Below, piece after piece: positions 13,510 through 27,590 of a DNA stretch of 64,000 nt. Source of the DNA: Camelus ferus. Taxonomy: Eukaryota. The number at the start of each line of letters is the position of its first letter. The first letter of the stretch is position 1. Position numbers and translations under genes: made by a program. The notes below the pieces were generated by a model. The model searched no databases. It was not told where the DNA came from and saw only the letters and a list, made by a program, of their open reading frames with translations. The stretch is from NCBI RefSeq assembly GCF_009834535.1, contig NC_045696.1:100814001-100878000 (forward strand), given 5' to 3'.

Positions 13510-14970
13510 AAATTCAGCACACTAGAAATAGGAAGAAACAGGAGGAAACGCCAATCTGATTAAAGGTATTTATATATGAAAATCCTTGAGCTGTCATAAT
13601 ACTTAATGGTGAAATATTGAATACTTCCTTCCTAAGATTTGACATAATTCAAGGTTATCTCTCATAATTGCTTTATTCATAACACTAGAGGTCTCAGACA
13701 TTATAAGTCAAAAAAATAAAAGGTACATAAGACAAAATATAGAGTAAACTTTTTATTGGTAGGCAACATGATTGTGTATGTAGAAAACTATTTAAAATCT
13801 ATGAAATACCCTCTAGAACTAATAAACTTAGCAATGTCAAATGATATGTCAAAATATAGAAATAAATTGTATTACTATGTTATAGCTATAAAATACAAAA
13901 ATGTGATTTTAAAAGAATAAAAAATTTAGGAATAAATCTAGTGCAAAATGTTCCAAACTTTTATACTAAACAATAAAAATAAAAATGAAAGAAGTTATAA
14001 ATAAATAAAGATATATACTATGTTAATGACTTGGGAAAAAACAACATTTTTAAGGACTTAATGCTACCCAAATTATTTTATGGATTCAATACACTCCGGT
14101 GAAAATTCTAATAGGCTTTCTAGAATACGACAAAGAATTCTAAAACTTATTTAGAAATGCAAAATATCTCATAGCAAAATTTGGTATTGAACAAAACTGG
14201 AATACTTACCATACCTGCCTACAAGAGTGCCACTAAAGCTACAATAATTAAGACATTGTGATATTGAATTTGATTATAGGTCAATTTATAACTGGTCAGT
14301 GTGGGAAAAGGTATCTCTTTTAATCAATGGTTTTGGAAAAATTGTATATATCAATGGATGAAATTCCAAACTATCTACTTTCATACACCAAAAAGTAATT
14401 TGAGATGTATCCTAGAGCTAAAAAGACAGCATGATGAAACTTCCTGAAGCAAAGTTAGGAGAATATCATCATGAACCTGGAGTACACAAAAATCTACTGG
14501 ATAGAATATTTAAAACACAGACCATTAGATAATTCTTCAACAGATCTGATAAACACACTTCAGTATATTCATACCATAAATACTACCCATTAATAAAAAT
14601 GTCAACTATGAAGCACATGACAATGTGGGTAGACCTCACAGAGATTATGCTGAGCGAAAGAAACTGGACACAAATAAGTACATATTGTAGAATTAAATTT
14701 GTATAGAGTCAAAGAACAGACTAATTAATCTTTAATTATAGAAATTATAAAATGCTTGCCTCTGCAGGTGGGAGTTGGATTGAATACAAAAGCACAAAAG
14801 GAGATTTTCCTGGAGGAAATAAAAAAAAAAATATATATATATACACATATATATATACACACACACACACATTGAGGTGATGAATACATTGATGTATAAA
14901 ACCATCAAAATTCACTGAACTGAACACTTGTTATCTATGCATTTTATTATATGTAAATGAAATTTGAATG
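13510..14970 (+). mobile_element. Old L1M(E)-like ORF2 to 3'UTR, decayed
   Basis: 'aatacttaatggtgaaa', 'ctagaactaataaac', 'taaagctacaataattaagacattgtg' and 3' end 'ttgttatctatgcattttattatatgtaaat'. Confidence 0.75.
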
Positions 14971-17199
14971 AGGAAGAATTGTCTGTTTGAAACTGAAAAT
15001 CTGACAGTCGACACCTTCTTTTTGGATCTCATTATGGACACCCTGCTTTCAGGTTACCCAAACCATCTTGCTGCTTGAAGTTAATCTTATACAGCAAAAT
15101 AACCAAATTCATTGGATAACACACATTTATTTGTCCAGAAATAATTATTCATTATACTGAAAATGGAAGCAATATGGGAATAAAATTATATCACAATAAA
15201 AATCAAAGCAGAATTTTAGCAAAATCATAGCTATGAGGGAAAACCAATGTGTATGTGCACACGTGTCTCTAGTCTTTATTCTGTCCCTATACCTTACACT
15301 TACTTTATAATTATCTGCATGTTAGGTAAACACATCGTAGCCTTCTACTTATATTTACAATGGCTTTGCTTTAGATGCTAGTGCAATCTAATGTGATCCA
15401 GAAAGTTCTGTGACCCTTATATACTCATTGTGAAGTGGATGTTTAATGCTACGACATGATCCTTCCTGTCCTGTTGAGCAGTGCCTCAGGTACCCAAGGG
15501 ATGAGAAAGTCAAACAATGCCTGATACTCTGCCAGCTAAGACACTTGGCCCCTTTTGACTAAGTAGGTGGTTGACAAATTTTGATTTAATACTAATAAGC
15601 TTTATAACGCAGTCTCTGATTTCTCTCCCTGGGGTGTTTCTACTGAAGGGTTGACTTTTAAAAGGTCCTTCACTTAATTTGGATTAGGCAATTTGGAAGA
15701 CTCAGTCACTTGAGAATTTGGGACCATGTAAAGCAATCAATAACATGTAACATTCAGCCATAAGGATGTCTATTTCTAGGTTCCAGAAAGGTGATATGCA
15801 TATACTTACGTGATGTTCAGGGAAACAAGAATGGTCTCACTTGTCCAGGTGGTATATGGTGCTTAAAATAATTAACATTAGAGGGTAAGAGAATGACAGT
15901 GGCAGAAACAATGTTTTATATACACACACACAAAGAGATGTGTAATTAACATATTACCAAAATACACAATACCTTTAATTAAATTGAAAATCAATTCTAA
16001 GTCTCATTTATTTCTTTCACCTAGATGTGCACGTACCTTTTTAAAACAATATGCCTGAATATTACTTTTAGTTCCTACTTTATTTTAAATTAAACCTTAG
16101 TTAATTATAGCCTAAATAAACTCTTTGCTCTCAAAATCTATTCTAAAACGTTACACAGCCTGCAGTTGTCAATACAAATGAAGATTGTATTGAATATGAA
16201 CTATTCCCCTTAATTCTTTCAAAGAGCAAATATGCAGGGGGAAATATTCAGGTCACATCATTATATATATTGTCAGCTACTATCCTCTCCACACTTGCAC
16301 CATAGAACACAATCATCATTGATATTTCTGGTAATAATACAAAACTCAGCTAAAGATAAAATACTATTCTTTATTGCACTATATACACAAAGGAAAGAAA
16401 GACTGCTTGCTTTATTCTGCATCTTTAAAAATGTTTTAGTATTTTTATTGTATGAGTAATTTATGCTCATTTCTCCAAAAGAACAGTATATGATGCAGCA
16501 GACATTACTAGTTGATTGTCAAATAACTATTGTCTCTCATTGATGTCATTCACTAAAATGCTTAATAAATCCCAGATAGCATGAGGAACAGATGAAGGTC
16601 GTCATCAAAGGACAAAGAATGAAGGTTGTAAAATCTAGCAGGTTTGACCCTCTGTGGTGATAGGTTCTGCTTCACTCTCTGAGTTGATATGGTAGGAGTA
16701 GTTATAATTTTGTATCAGGTATGAATTGAAATTGGGGAAAGACTGGGTAAAGCTATACTGAAGGAATGTCTCCCTTGTGGTCTATATTGCAGCCGGTATA
16801 CTATATAAATATTAAAGATTATGCAGAGATTAGTATTTTCCTATGTTTGTATTCTATGTGTCAGTTACTCTATTTGTCATGTAAAATAACAATGAACGAA
16901 GCTGGACAGGTTCTGCTGTAACAGATTACACAGCAAGGGAATGAAAAAGCTGTATTAATTGAATAATCATAAAAATAAATATTAAAGAAGAACCAGAATA
17001 AGTGTTATCAAGCAGAGGCACATGATGGTGTAACCTATCATTGTCATCAGTTCCAGTCAGAAAAGTTCCAAGAAAGAACAAATGTGCAAAGGCCCTGTTT
17101 CTTAGCCAGCAGTTAAAAAAAAAAAAGCCAAAATGTCACATTTACTGAGCATTTCCATGAATTAATGTTCTCCTGCTAATTTTAAAAACAGTAGAAAGC

Positions 17200-17702
17200 A
17201 ATATGAATATATTTACACACCAGGGTTCCTAGCAACATTATTCACAAGAGCCAAAAGGTGGAAACAATTCATCTGCCCATCAGCGGATGAATGAATAAAA
17301 AATGGGATATATGCATATAATGGGATATCATTGTCTTAAAAGGAAAGAAATTCTGATACAGGCTGCCTTATAGATGAATCTGGAAAAAATGCTAAGGGAA
17401 GTAAGCCAGACACTCTAAAAGACAAATATTGCATGATTCTACTTGTATGAGGCACCTAGAGTATTATATTCATAGAGACAGAAAGTAGAAAGGTGGCTGC
17501 CGGGGGCTTGTGGAAGGAAGAATGTGGAGTTACTGTTTAATGAGCCCAGTTTCAGTGTGAGATAATAAACAAGATTTGGAGATGGGTGGTGATGATGGAT
17601 GCACAATAATGAGAATGTATTTAATGCTGCTGAATTATATACACTTAAAATGATTAAAATCTTACATTTGATGTCATGTACATTTTATCACAATAAACAA
17701 AA
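17200..17702 (+). mobile_element. L1MB-like 3' end
   Basis: 'attattcacaagagccaaaaggtggaaacaa...ttcatagagacagaaagtagaa...tttatcacaataaa'. Confidence 0.85.
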
Positions 17703-18432
17703 TACTGTAAATCACATATGTGGAAGCAGACCTGAAACTATACTGTGTGTTTCTAATCTGTTAGAAGTTTTCCATACTGATTTCTTTAAGAAGCAAATTT
17801 AGGAGTATTAATTTAAAAATAGACACTGTAGTAAGCATTAAAAACCTAAATAACATCTTAGACACATAATTGGAGATGTAATGAGGCCTGTCAGCTTACT
17901 AATGTTTGCAATTATAAAAGTAATGCTTCAAATAAAAGACAATAAACACTAAATCTATTTCTAAATAATGTGAATGCTTCTGACTGCTTCTAACACAAAA
18001 GACAGGCCTGTAAGGAGAGTGCAAATAAATACAGAGACTATATGGACTGCATGCCCACTGATACTATGAGCCTGGGTTTGAGTTATAAAACTTTATCTTT
18101 TGAAGTAAAGAGGTTTTCTAGCCCAACCATCTAATGGAACAAAATTTTAAACTACAGTATGTCACTAAAAATTAATTTGCAGCTTTAAAATCGAAGAAAC
18201 TTAGAATTATGAAGCAGCATTAACAATCCCCTCATTCCATCATCTTTCCAATCCCTGTTATTTTCTTACAGGTACTGAAGAAAATTGCTTTTGCAAAGTA
18301 CTGCCGTCATTCCCTTTTTCGTAGTTAAAATTGCAGTTAACACACTATATTCTAAACTCTCTTCTAATTTTTGTGTGTGTGTGCCTCTACTGTTTGATCC
18401 TCTGTTTTTAAATCCATGCCACCTTACATTTC

Positions 18433-18975
18433 AGCCAAGAGGCTCTCAAATTTTTTGGTTTCTGGCGTCCTTAAGAGTCTCACTGATTATTTCATATTAT
18501 TCTGAGACCAAAAGAAATACCTAAGAATTTCATTGTTTAAAGTAGTTAAATCCAAACTAAAGTACTTAAATACAACAACTTAGTAGTTGTATGAAACAAG
18601 AACACACGTTAATTGAAGGAAAATACTTATCTCATCCTAAAATAACAACAACTTCTTCCCAAGGGAATGTATATGCATGCTGGGCAATACACGTATTCTT
18701 GGCATTAGATTGGAAAAGTCTAATTTCCTATTCCATATTAACGATTGTACTTGTTTTATAGTCGAAACTAAAAGAAACCCTGGTATGCAAACGATGGCAT
18801 CATCAAAACGTATGCAGCATGATCTAATGATGAAACTGCAAACTACCTTGAGTTAGCTAAGTTCACATTGGTGTATGACAGATGTCAAGAATCACTGCTT
18901 CCCTCAAAAAACTTAAAATATCCAGGACATTTCTGACAGTTCATTGCATTACACTGGGCAGTCCTAATACCCAGG
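18433..18975. mobile_element. hAT-Charlie non-autonomous DNA transposon (exact subfamily uncertain)
   Basis: 'ccaaaagaaatacctaa', 'gatctaatgatgaaactgcaaactaccttgag' and 'ttccctcaaaaacttaaaatatcc' match a recalled Charlie consensus. Confidence 0.7.
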
Positions 18976-19675
18976 TCGAGATCTATGATTTTTGACCTTG
19001 CTTTTGAAATCTTTATTTGGGAAGCTTGTTGAAATACTAAAGAAATATCTTCAGTTTCCAGCGTCACCAGGGGGTTAATGTAAGTTTTCACAAATATCTG
19101 CTATTCTTTACTTAAATAAGTAAATCAAAAACTATTTAAAAAATTAATTTCTACCTCAAAATATATTTTAACTGCTTTGCATGACAGCATAGTCAAAGGA
19201 GGCAGAGTTGTGCTTGGTTCTCAAACCCTCACTGCCTTGACCTTCACCTGTGAGCAAGCTTATGACCTGTCTATTCACAATCACCTAGACTGGAACAATA
19301 GATATTTGTCATAAAATGTTCGTTTTCATGAATAAAAATATTCAGCTGGGCATTGTGTTTTCATAATTATTCATAAAGCTTCAAATAATCCAAATCTCCC
19401 TAACTCACCTAAATTTTAGTATGAAATTCTGATACTATTTTAGTTATCCATTAACTGTTGCAATTTCTGGAGCCTTCATTGTCTCATATGAGCAATAAAA
19501 AAAAAGAGGATAAATAACTTTCCAAAAAATGGTATCTCTTTTCCTGTCGCTTCAGAACACAGAAATTGTCTATGTAATAATGGTTCTTATTTTGGAATGT
19601 TTTTCTTTCACTATTAGTCTATACTAATATCTCCTTTCAATTCAGCATTACATACTTTTAAAAATCATAATGATT

Positions 19676-20250
19676 AGTTTCTGATTTTAACTTTGAAATG
19701 TAAAGAGTTTGGAAATTAACTGCTGCCCTTACAACAACACCAAAAATAAAAACAAAAACAAAACTGAACAAACTGAAAATCAGTAATTTTCTTGAAACTA
19801 TTGTAGAACTTAGATGGCAAGGCAGACTACCATCCCACAGTTCTAAGAGGTAGGCAGATCTAGAGAGCCACAGCACAGATCTGCAGACCTGGAAGACAGA
19901 CACTGGTGAGAATACATCATGGTAATTTTGGTAAATTTCTGGAGGCTGAGTGGAGACTAGCATGAAAGTGCAACTTTTAGGGGACACAGTCTTGGAGGGG
20001 CCACTACAGTTTAACAAGTTTTTCTTCCAGAAAGCCCACTAGGTTCTCACGGTGATATCTGAGAAAGATCACCCAGTGGCTCTGGCAGGGAGAGGGGAAA
20101 AGTAGTCATTGTGAAATAAACCCAGAGACTTCTCCATATCAAAGGCTTATTTTCCACAGAAAGACGCTTTATCAGAGCTTATGCCACATGGGGAAAAGAC
20201 ATTCCTCACACTCCAGCCCACTCTCATCTTCCTGTCTCACCAAAGGGGAT
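19676..20250 (+). mobile_element. L1MC-type extreme 5' end (5'UTR)
   Basis: 'atgtaaagagtttggaa...ctgaacaaactgaaaatca...ggttctcacggtga...gtggctctggcaggg' matches the recalled L1MC 5'-end consensus from its start. Confidence 0.75.
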
Positions 20251-21262
20251 GCATTTTCCAAAATATCAATTATTGGAATCCAATAGCATGTAGCTTTTAC
20301 AGAGTGGCCACTTAGCAATGTGCACTTAAGATTCATCTACTTCTTTTTGTGGCTGGAGAGCTCATTTTTTTTCATTGATAAATAATATTGCATTGTACGG
20401 ATGCACTACAGTATGTTTTCCTATTCCCTTATTTGTGACCATTTTGGTTGCCTCTAGTTTTTGGTAATTATAAATAAAGTTGATATAAACATTCACATGC
20501 AGGTTTTTGTGTGGGTATATTTTCAAATCAGTTGAGTAAACACTAGGGCATGATTGCTGGAATCACATGGTAAAACTATGGTTAGCTTTGTGAGAAGCTG
20601 CCAGACTATCTTCCAAAGTAGCTACACCATTTTGCAACCCTTCTGCTCTGCACCCTCCATGCATTTGGTGTTGTCAGTGTTTTCTACTTTAGCTATTCTA
20701 ATAGGTTATGTAGTGATATGCCATTGTTGTCAATCTGAAATTCGTCAGTGACAAATAATGCTGAGCACCTTTTCAAATGCTTACTTCTCACCCATATATT
20801 CTTTTTGATGAGTTGTTTGTTTAGATATTTTCCCCACTTTTTAAATTGGTTTGTTTGTTGGATAAGTCCAACTTATCCATTTTTCTTTCATGGCTCATGC
20901 TTTTAGTGTTGTATCTAAAAATGTATCACCAAACCCAATGTAACAAATTTTTCTCCAATTTTTGGGGAAGGTTTATGGTTTCACATTCTACATTTATCCC
21001 TATAACCCATTTTAAGTTGTTTTCTTGTGAGTGATGTCAGAGCCATGTCTAAATTGACATTTTTTTGCATATGGATATTCAATTGTTCCTGTAACACTTG
21101 TTGAAAAAAACTCTCCTTTCTCAATTGAATTGCCTTTGCTCTTTTGTCAAATTCAGTTGGCTCTATCTGCATGGGTTTATTTCTGGGTTCTCTATTCTGT
21201 TCTGTTGATCTATGCATCTATTCTTTCACCAATACCACATTGCCTCAGTGATTGCAGTTTAA
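20251..21262 (-). mobile_element. L1MC-type ORF2 end and proximal 3'UTR, inverted
   Basis: Reverse complement reads 'atgtggtattgg...aacagaatagagaacccagaaataaaccc' through to 'gattccaataattgatattttggaaaa', with internal deletions. Confidence 0.85.
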
Positions 21263-21299
21263 ACTGACTAGTGTTAAGTTGAATTCTGAATCAAACTTT

Positions 21300-21909
21300 T
21301 TTTCTCCTCTTGATTTCCTTCCAAAGATTATAGTATGAGAAGGGAGTGGGAGGCAGTGGGGAAAAGGTAATTTTTCAATGCAGAAACCTGACAACAGTAC
21401 CTCAGCCTGCTGATCAAGATGAATATTGACAGTGATAAGTCATGTTAACATGATATGATGAAGATGCCACTTTTGTGTTCTTCCCTGAAACTCACAAGCC
21501 CAGTCTAATCTTGAGAAAAAGCATAAGCAAATCCCAACAGAGGTGCATTCTATCAAACATTTGGTCAATACTTCTCAAAACAGTCAAGATCATCAAAAAC
21601 AAAGAAACTTTGAAAAATTGCCTCAGTCAACAGGTGCCTAAGGAGTTGTGACTATTAAAAGTAATGTGGTAACCTGGACTGGTTCATGGAGTAGAAAAAG
21701 ACTATTAGGTAAAAATTAAGGAACTATGAATAAAGTATGCATTTTGTTAAAAATAATATATCAATATTGGTTCATTAATAACAAATGTACCATACTACTA
21801 CTGTGAGGTGTTAACAACCGGATAAACTAGGTGTGGAGTATATGAGAACTTTGTACAGTCTTTACAATTTTTAAAAATCTAAATGTGTTCTAAAATAAAA
21901 TGTTTATTT
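21300..21909 (+). mobile_element. L1MC (L1MC2/3-like) distal 3'UTR
   Basis: 'gaaacctgaca...cctcagcc...gtcaagatcatcaaaaacaa...aacaaatgtaccatacta...ttctaaaataaaa'. Confidence 0.85.
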
Positions 21910-23269
21910 AAAAATAATAATGATTTTCTATTTGAAGTAGGTGCATTATTAATATTTCCTTCAAATGAAGGGGAAAAAACAACTATTTTCACAAGATAAT
22001 ATAAATTAATGGGATTTTCTTCAGAAGAAGAAGGGAAGACAACATAAGCAGGTAGATAGCAAGCAAATTTTTAACAATATGTATAAATGCTAAACATTGA
22101 CTGGGAAGTGTTATTTTTAAAGATGGAAATTCTGAACCAAAATTCCAACTTGGCAAACCCTTCCTTGGGTTCATATTTTCTAGTACATTCTCTGCATAGA
22201 AACAATAGCTTATGAAATAAAATACTTCTCCTAATGACCTGAGGAGTTAATTCCAAATGGAGCAAGCCTACAACTGGAAAGCAGACTTACCCTCACTCAT
22301 CAACATGTTCTATATGGATTTTTATATTGTGGTTCAGAGGATGAACAGAAACTGCTTACATAATAGTCTCCTATATGTCAGTAGGAAAAATAACAAAAAT
22401 AAGTTCCAGTAACAGCATTCATTTTTCATAGGCCCAGAGAATCTAAACATAAAAATAATAAGATTGTCTCAAAGGGTTTAACCACTAGTTCATTAAGATA
22501 AAGCTGCTTCTAGAAATGTGCCCTTGAACTTGAATTCTTCTGTAAATTAGAAAGTAGCATGGGAAAATACATATTTTAAAGCATTATCAATTTAATGACT
22601 ATATCTAGTTATAATGATAAAATTCAATTTGACTAGAGAATGGAAAAAAATTGGTATCACAGAGTTAAACATTTAATAAGGCTCATATGCTGTTAACCTC
22701 TCTACTCTGAATACAGATGCTCCAGCATTGACATATGTATTTTTAGTTTTACAGTGAATTATTGGATAATTTTGTCATGCAGTCCTGGAGTCCAGGGGCT
22801 GTTTATTGGTTTTAGCCTACAATAATTCAGTCTGACTCTTTATTGATTTCCTTCATTCTCAGTAGTATTTCTGCTACCCTCAGAAGTCTAGAGCCACTTA
22901 AGACATTATGTACTTCCAAGCCTAATTGTCCTGCTCTTCCCTTCAGTAACCTTCATAAGCACAGCAGCAGCAGTCAGGCAGTGAAAGTCAGTTTCAAATT
23001 ACTTTCTGGTTTTATTTGTTTTTTGATTTGATGTTAGCATGTTGAGACTGGAAGTAGCTTATACAGGAAAAGGCAGGAAGTGAGAACTTCGAAAATCACC
23101 AATTTCAGGAATCATGGTCTGAGGTCAAATTGCAATTCAAGTTGTTTACCTTGTATTGATTCTAAATCTGTTTGATAAAACAAACTCTTAAATTAAAACA
23201 TCTTTTTTTTCTATTTTAAGCCCTGGTATGAAGGATTATGTAAAGAAAAAAACCAGAGAAAATAGTTAA

Positions 23270-23450
23270 TTTTGGTCATTTTTTCCTACCACCAGAGTAA
23301 TCCTTAGGAAAATGACTCAATTTCTATGAACCACATTTGGTTCATCTAGAAAATGAAGCATTATCATCATGATTATTTCACAAGGATATCTATAGATACT
23401 AAATAAAAAAGTAGATAGCAACTTACACTGAGTCTAGCATAAAAAAAATC
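23270..23450 (+). mobile_element. MIR remnant
   Basis: 'ccttaggaaaatgactcaatttctatgaaccacatttggttcatctagaaaatgaag'. Confidence 0.55.
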
Positions 23451-23599
23451 CCCTGTTTCAGTAAGACTAGATTTGAATATACTCATTATCAAAATTTAGC
23501 AACATTTCTTTAGTCTGGTAACTAACTTTGAGGGTGTTAATTTCTAATTGTCGACCTCCCCAAATTCACTCACTTGGCCGGGCTTTGCTTACATATAAT

Positions 23600-23850
23600 G
23601 ATAGCATTACTGAATACCGGGTAAGATACCGGGTGAGCGTCGGAGAGTATGCTGGGTGGTTTCTCACACACAGGTTTTATTTAATCTTCATAAAACCCTA
23701 GAAGTTATGTTTCTTGATCTCATTTTATGGATGAGAATTCTGATGCTCAGAGAGGGTTAGTAACATTTCTAGGCTTATACATCTCGTAGGTCGAGAAGGC
23801 AGGAGTTGGACTTTGTGACCATCTGGCTCCGAGATCCATCCCCTTTCTGG
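23600..23850 (-). mobile_element. MIR
   Basis: 'atttaatcttcataaaacccta...cattttatggatgag...gctcagagagggttagtaac'. Confidence 0.75.
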
Positions 23851-26374
23851 CAGCGCCTGTTATCTACATTTCCCTCTAATACATTAAGCTTGCACAGTGT
23901 ATTCTTAAGTATGACTGCATGACCTGCATTTAGCAAAGTCACTTAGAAGTATAAGACGCAGAGTAAATAGTAAGGCTTAGGAGTCATTAGTCTGTAGAGA
24001 CAAGGCTACAATGTGCCCTCTTGTACTTCCGTGAGAAGGAGGCCCAGTGTCATAGATGGTGACTCAGCAGGTGGTCTGTCTGATGGGTAGCAGGGTGGTT
24101 AGAGTTAGCAGTGTTTCTGAACCACTCACTATGTTACAAATAAAAAAGAAAAAAAAAAAAAAAGGTCTAGAAAACCTGCTGGGCAGTGGGACTACTAGAG
24201 GAAACATGATCAACTTATTGGTGTTTCTGTTCTTATGGGTATTTAGTAAAAGCTTAGGATGTTGTATATCTTTAAAGCTAAAAGGATGCTAGAGCTTCTT
24301 TAGTATGATTTCTTCTATTCAGGCTGAGTTAGAGGAACATGTTATTAATAATACTTCTATCTACGCATAGGGAGCTATATCTAAGCTTTTCTCACACCTA
24401 GAACTGAATAAGAGCAAGTCATTACAACCTGATGTTTCCAAGCCTTTTTATCTGTGGCTACAAATGTTGTCATATTTATATCAAACTAACAAGTGACTCT
24501 GAGCCTTTCCTTACTTCACCTACAGAAAGCCTAGTCTATTGGTGGTTTCCTTTACCCTAGAACACCCAGGGGCTCTTAAAATGAGACAGTGCAGTTCGAT
24601 GCAGACCTGCTGCTGCCTGCTGGGAGAACAAGCACTTTGAAACTACTTTTGAAATGCAGCCAGGCAGTTTCAGCCACCTGACGGCTCTAATAGACTTGGT
24701 TACCTCCAAAGCGCCTCCTGTAAGTCAAGTTGAAGAGCCAGGCTTCAGACACTTTCTATCTTCTCTCTCTGGTGCAAAGTGAAACTGGAAGCATCCCCAC
24801 TGTTAAGGTCACTGCAGAACCACTCTATTGGCCCCAGTTCATAAGGCTCCTGAATACACCAGCAAATAAGATGCCTGGGAAATGGTGGTAGTGAGGAGTT
24901 AAAGGATATTGATTTCTTATTATTTTCAGGGAATGCTCAAACAAATCCTAACCTCTACACATTTAAACTTGTTTTTTGGTAAGGTTGTTTCCTTTCTGAC
25001 ATTTATGGCTACTTTCTCATTCCTTTCCATTGACAACTCCCGTGAGTCCAATAAAGTCATCACTGATCTCTGACCCTCAATTCCAGAATATATTTTATTT
25101 GTGAAGACAACTTCTACCTACATGCTGAGGTACTTCACAGGGACCTACCTCCTCTTCTCCACCCCACATACCACTGTCTATGTCAGTGGATCAATGGGAT
25201 GGTGGTAGTGGCCAAACCTCTGTTTATTTTGGTTACTAATCGAAGCACCCCTGAGTCTTATGTGCACTTGTAAATGTGTGATGTGAACAAGGGTAAGCGC
25301 ATTTGACCTCTCCTCCCAGCATTCAAGCTCTAAATGCATGGATATAGTGGACAAAAGAAAACTGAGCTCAGCCTACTAAAATCAAAATCATGTAGTCTTC
25401 ATCTACAAATATATAAGCAGTAGATATAAAGAAAATATTAGTTTATTATTAAAGAATCATAATTTTTAAAATAATTTATGAGTATTCATTACTTTAAAAA
25501 AAATATTTTTCCAAATAAAAAGTTGAAATTTTAAAAGTTCTCTGTTAATGCTAAAGGAAATATTATACAAATGTCGTTTGATTTTGCTTTGACAATACAG
25601 AAGGCAACTTAAGGATCAGAAACTCCAAACAGTCTTCAGTATCATTTGCAATCTTTGGTGAATTTGATTTAATGAATAAACTAGAAGAGGTCTTGAGACG
25701 TTTTTTAGGTTATAAAATCCCAGAGCCATATAAATTCTATTCCAAAAAGGAATACTAGCAGTGTTTTGCTACTGTCGTTTAGAAAACTGGCACAAGAGAT
25801 ATCATAATTTAGATTAAATGCCTATGTAAATAATAGCTTTTTATTATAACTCATAAACATGCTTCTTATTTACTATAATATGATATAAAGCCAACAACAT
25901 CTAGGTTATTTTTCTGGTCTCCTGAAGTGAAATTTTATTAGAGATTAGATAGAAAATTCTACCACTTAAATGGTCTCTCTTAAGAGGGACATATTTCTTT
26001 ACAGAATATTATTGGTCCAAGGACAGCTTAATGCTTTAGAATATAAATGTTATAGATATTTTTAAAATAGGACATTCGTTCTTGACAAAGTCAGAAAACA
26101 TGAAATTTCAAGACTGTAACATGCTTGTATTAAAGTGAAGGCTAGAGACATCAGAATTCAAATTGCTTAACCTTCATCACAGTGAATTTTGACTGGCTAG
26201 AATCCAAGTCCTCTCTTCTCCAGTTCTGTAGAATTTCTACTGTGCTAGGTTCTTGCAATATTTGTGCTTCAGACTAACATAAAAGAATAAAAAAAATAGG
26301 GCAAAGTATACTTTAGAGACTGTAGTTCCAACACTCTTTTCCAGAAGTCCCTAATGCCTCAAATTACCATCAGT

Positions 26375-26595
26375 CAATAATTCTCAACAGGGGCAATTTT
26401 AGCCACCGGGAGAAATTTGGCAATGACTGGAGACATATTTAATTGTTACAAATTAAACAATTGTCAGAAAGGAGAGGAAAAGGGTTGCTACTGGCAACTC
26501 TTGGATGCTAAATATTTTAGAGTCCACCAGACAGCCCTTACAACAAAGATGTTTCCGGTCTCATGTGTAAATAGCACTGAGGTTGAAACACTCTG
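26375..26595 (+). mobile_element. MER20 (hAT-Charlie)
   Basis: 'ttctcaacaggggcaatttt...tttggcaatgactggagacat...tgctactggca...acaacaaaga...aatagcactgaggttgaaacactctg'. Confidence 0.85.
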
Positions 26596-27025
26596 CCCTG
26601 GTTTTCTCCACTTGAATTCTCAGGTGTCAAATGACAAATAGATTCCATCTCCTGTGCCAACTTCGGTTACTCAGTAGTAACTACCTGGAAGCACTTGTTG
26701 GGAACAAAAACAGCACACGTGTCCAGGCTGCTCAGAGAGAGGGGAAGGGTTCTCTTATGCATTTGCAGCTTAATAAATATACGTATATTTTTAACTTAAT
26801 GTGATGGTTTTTTCACAATGTTGAAATTGGAGATTGTCAGTACTCGTCATTTTTTAAAAACCTTTGTCCTAAATTCAATCCCTAGAGATTCTTTTTGTGA
26901 CATTGTATTTTAAATCAGCATTTATGCAACTCTTCTGGTATACATGGTTTTATGTGGATTAGGGAATCATTTTTCTCCAATTCTCAGTGATGAATGGTGT
27001 TTTATTTTTTCAAATATATTTTTAT

Positions 27026-27160
27026 TTAAAATTTTTTTCATGTGTGGGAGGTAAGTATTAGATTTATTTATTTATTTATTTGGAGGTACTGGGGATTGAA
27101 CCTAGGACCTTGCGCATGCTAAACATGCCCTCTACCACTGAGCCATAATCTGCCCCACTA
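27026..27160 (-). mobile_element. Vic-1-like SINE
   Basis: SINE body. 15-bp TSD CAAAT(A/G)TATTTTTAT at 27011-27025 and 27161-27175. Confidence 0.93.
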
Positions 27161-27544
27161 CAAATGTATTTTTATAGTGTCATGGATTGATAATTAAAAA
27201 AAATTAATGAAAGTAAATAATCAGAGAAATATTTCTTTAAAAAATACAACCATTAGGGAATTTTAAAAATTATTTGAGCCAACAAACTTTAAAACTTGCC
27301 CTGTCAATTTATTACAAAAGTTCTAAGACACTCTCAATTATTTTATTTATCTCCATGAGATTGGGTAACATCTCTTATGGATGGGCAAGTGTATGAGGAG
27401 AGCAGTTGGAGTATCCTCAACTGTATTTTTTAAAAAATCTGCTTCTTTTCTTCATTCAACAACCATTTAGTCTAGGCCTTTACACTGAAGTAGGCTCTAG
27501 GAATACAGAGATAAAAGTCAGTCTCAAACTTCATGGAATACTCA

Positions 27545-27558
27545 AAAAAAGGAAAAAA

Positions 27559-27590
<32 letters not shown>

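Noticed and set aside
24705..24725. CTCF-like motif (also near 29482-29497)
   Set aside because: Several mismatches at core positions, so it cannot be supported without a PWM scan or ChIP data.
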